A stretch of 63,531 bases of DNA, filler included, from Globobulimina sp. (taxonomy: Eukaryota), in assembly GCA_003354225.1 (NCBI GenBank). It is 49 parts of 49 records of this genome, joined end to end, with 100 filler letters (N's around TTAATTAATTAA, not from the genome) between each part and the next. Parts side by side here need not be neighbours in the genome. Positions count along the whole stretch, not along the records: positions 62,335 to 63,531 come from PIVH01021179.1; 48 more parts are not named here. One strand, written 5' to 3'. The position numbers were made by a program, and so were the translations under genes. The notes beneath the pieces were generated by a model. The model had not been told where the DNA came from. It did no database searches and worked only from the letters and a program-made list of their open reading frames with translations. Of this stretch, positions 62,235-63,531 are shown in pieces. The number at the start of each line of letters is the position of its first letter. Position 1 is the stretch's first letter.

Positions 62235-62651
62235 NNNNNNNNNNNNNNNNNNNNNNNNNNNNNNNNNNNNNNNNNNNNTTAATTAATTAANNNNNNNNNN
62301 NNNNNNNNNNNNNNNNNNNNNNNNNNNNNNNNNNCATAATAAAAAAACGAACATTTACGTCCAGTGTACAAAATCACACACAAATTATATGATAAATTTT
62401 ACAAACAACAAAAAGGACAAAAAAAAGGTAAACGTAATCACGTATTTGCAACACAAAACAAAAACAATTGACAAATAACACGGAAAATAAAGATACAAGT
62501 TTTTTTTAGAAAGTCAATATGATAACAAAAAATCAATTCTTTCATATGATGTGATAACAAAAAATCTTTATCAAAGTTGTAAACAACTTCAATCGATATA
62601 ACTATCATAATATGAAATTAATTAAACATCTTTATATTTATATTTATGTTT

Positions 62652-63531
62652 TTATTTCAATAGTTTAACCCAGGAATGTTTTTTAATTTCATTCAAATCA
62701 ATTCGTTGATGCTCTTTTGTCAACATTCTAGTCAACAAATCGAGAACTTGTGGCGTCATAAATTTGGCTCTATTCCACGATTGGATTAAATCTAAGATCT
62801 GTCCGGAGATTATTAATCCAAAATTGTCGTCATTGGCATCTGGATATTTCAATGGCGGCACACCTACGATCTATATCAGATATATATATATTTATATATT
62901 TATTTAATACAATAAATAAATAATTAATTAATTAAATAGAGAATACCATCATGAAAAGAGTTATTCCAAGCGACCATATATCATTTGAGCGTGCATCAAA
63001 TATCATCTTTTTAGTCCACAATTCTGGTGATTTATATCTTGTCTTTTGTGCACAAACAGAATTAAATTAAATTAATTAAAAGCAGTAAAAAAAGCATGCA
63101 CACCTTTCCCACATATTTAGTACATTTGAAGTGATTGTTTGGATCAAATTTTTCACTCAACCCAAAATCACAGAATTTAAGCGTAACATTTCTATTTAAT
63201 GAGATTTTTCCAGTATTAATATTTTGCAAAATGGTGCCATTTTTAATCAACATATTTTCCAAACTGATGTCCAAATGACAGATATTGTGTTTATTATGCA
63301 AATAATCCAATAATTGAACGATTTGTCGAAATATTTTCTTACACATTAACCGCCATTCTTTTCTATCTAATTTTCCTTTACGTATTAAATTGTGGCATTT
63401 CACCACATATTCAAACAAATCACTTCCAAGATATATTAGACGGTATAATTACTATTGAAGAAATAATGCTGACAATGAACAGTTCGTTTTCCTCTTGGTA
63501 TTCAACAATTAATACCATCGAGTTTAATGTA
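62652..63531 (-). CDS. Ser/Thr protein kinase (CAMK-like), multi-exon, partial
   Basis: HLDISLEN, DFGL, YKSPE, DIWSLG and subdomain XI Arg. Confidence 0.92.

Noticed and set aside
1201-62334. Periodic TTAATTAATTAA palindrome within N runs
   Set aside because: Artificial contig linker, not biology; it also creates the ...XXXLIN ORF ends.
1-63531. Alternative genetic code for the dominant eukaryote
   Set aside because: Conserved genes translate with the standard code once short introns are removed, and TAA, TAG and TGA all end genes.
1-63531. Operon or gene-cluster readings across contigs (e.g. two saccharopine dehydrogenases, two sulfotransferases)
   Set aside because: Contigs are ordered by length, so adjacency is meaningless.

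Overview
This window is not one locus. It is 49 unrelated contigs of about 1.2 kb (1200 down to 1197 bp, sorted by length), joined by an artificial 100-bp spacer (N44-TTAATTAATTAA-N44, stops in all six frames), so ORFs running into X are truncated and nothing can be inferred across spacers. Most contigs are AT-rich, gene-dense protist nuclear DNA with short GT-AG introns, resembling Foraminifera/Rhizaria (inference). They encode fragments of cyclin, G-alpha, Ras/Rap, DnaJ, USP, PP2C, kinase, Nup54, XK, Fuseless, sulfotransferases and others, some pseudogenised or apparently chimeric. Bacterial contigs, an NCLDV-like contig and several mobile-element pieces are mixed in. The standout is contig 36380-37577: a parvovirus/AAV-style T-shaped hairpin, then five ~30-bp-spaced palindromes, then an intron-containing gene fusing two C2H2 fingers to a Polinton-type packaging ATPase. 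A separate contig (44168-45365) carries a Polinton/adintovirus-type pPolB N-terminus behind palindromic inverted repeats. Other notable items are a minimal hammerhead-like motif, a TA-flanked TIR element and a G-alpha lacking both catalytic residues. All family calls come from motif recognition by eye; no database searches were run.
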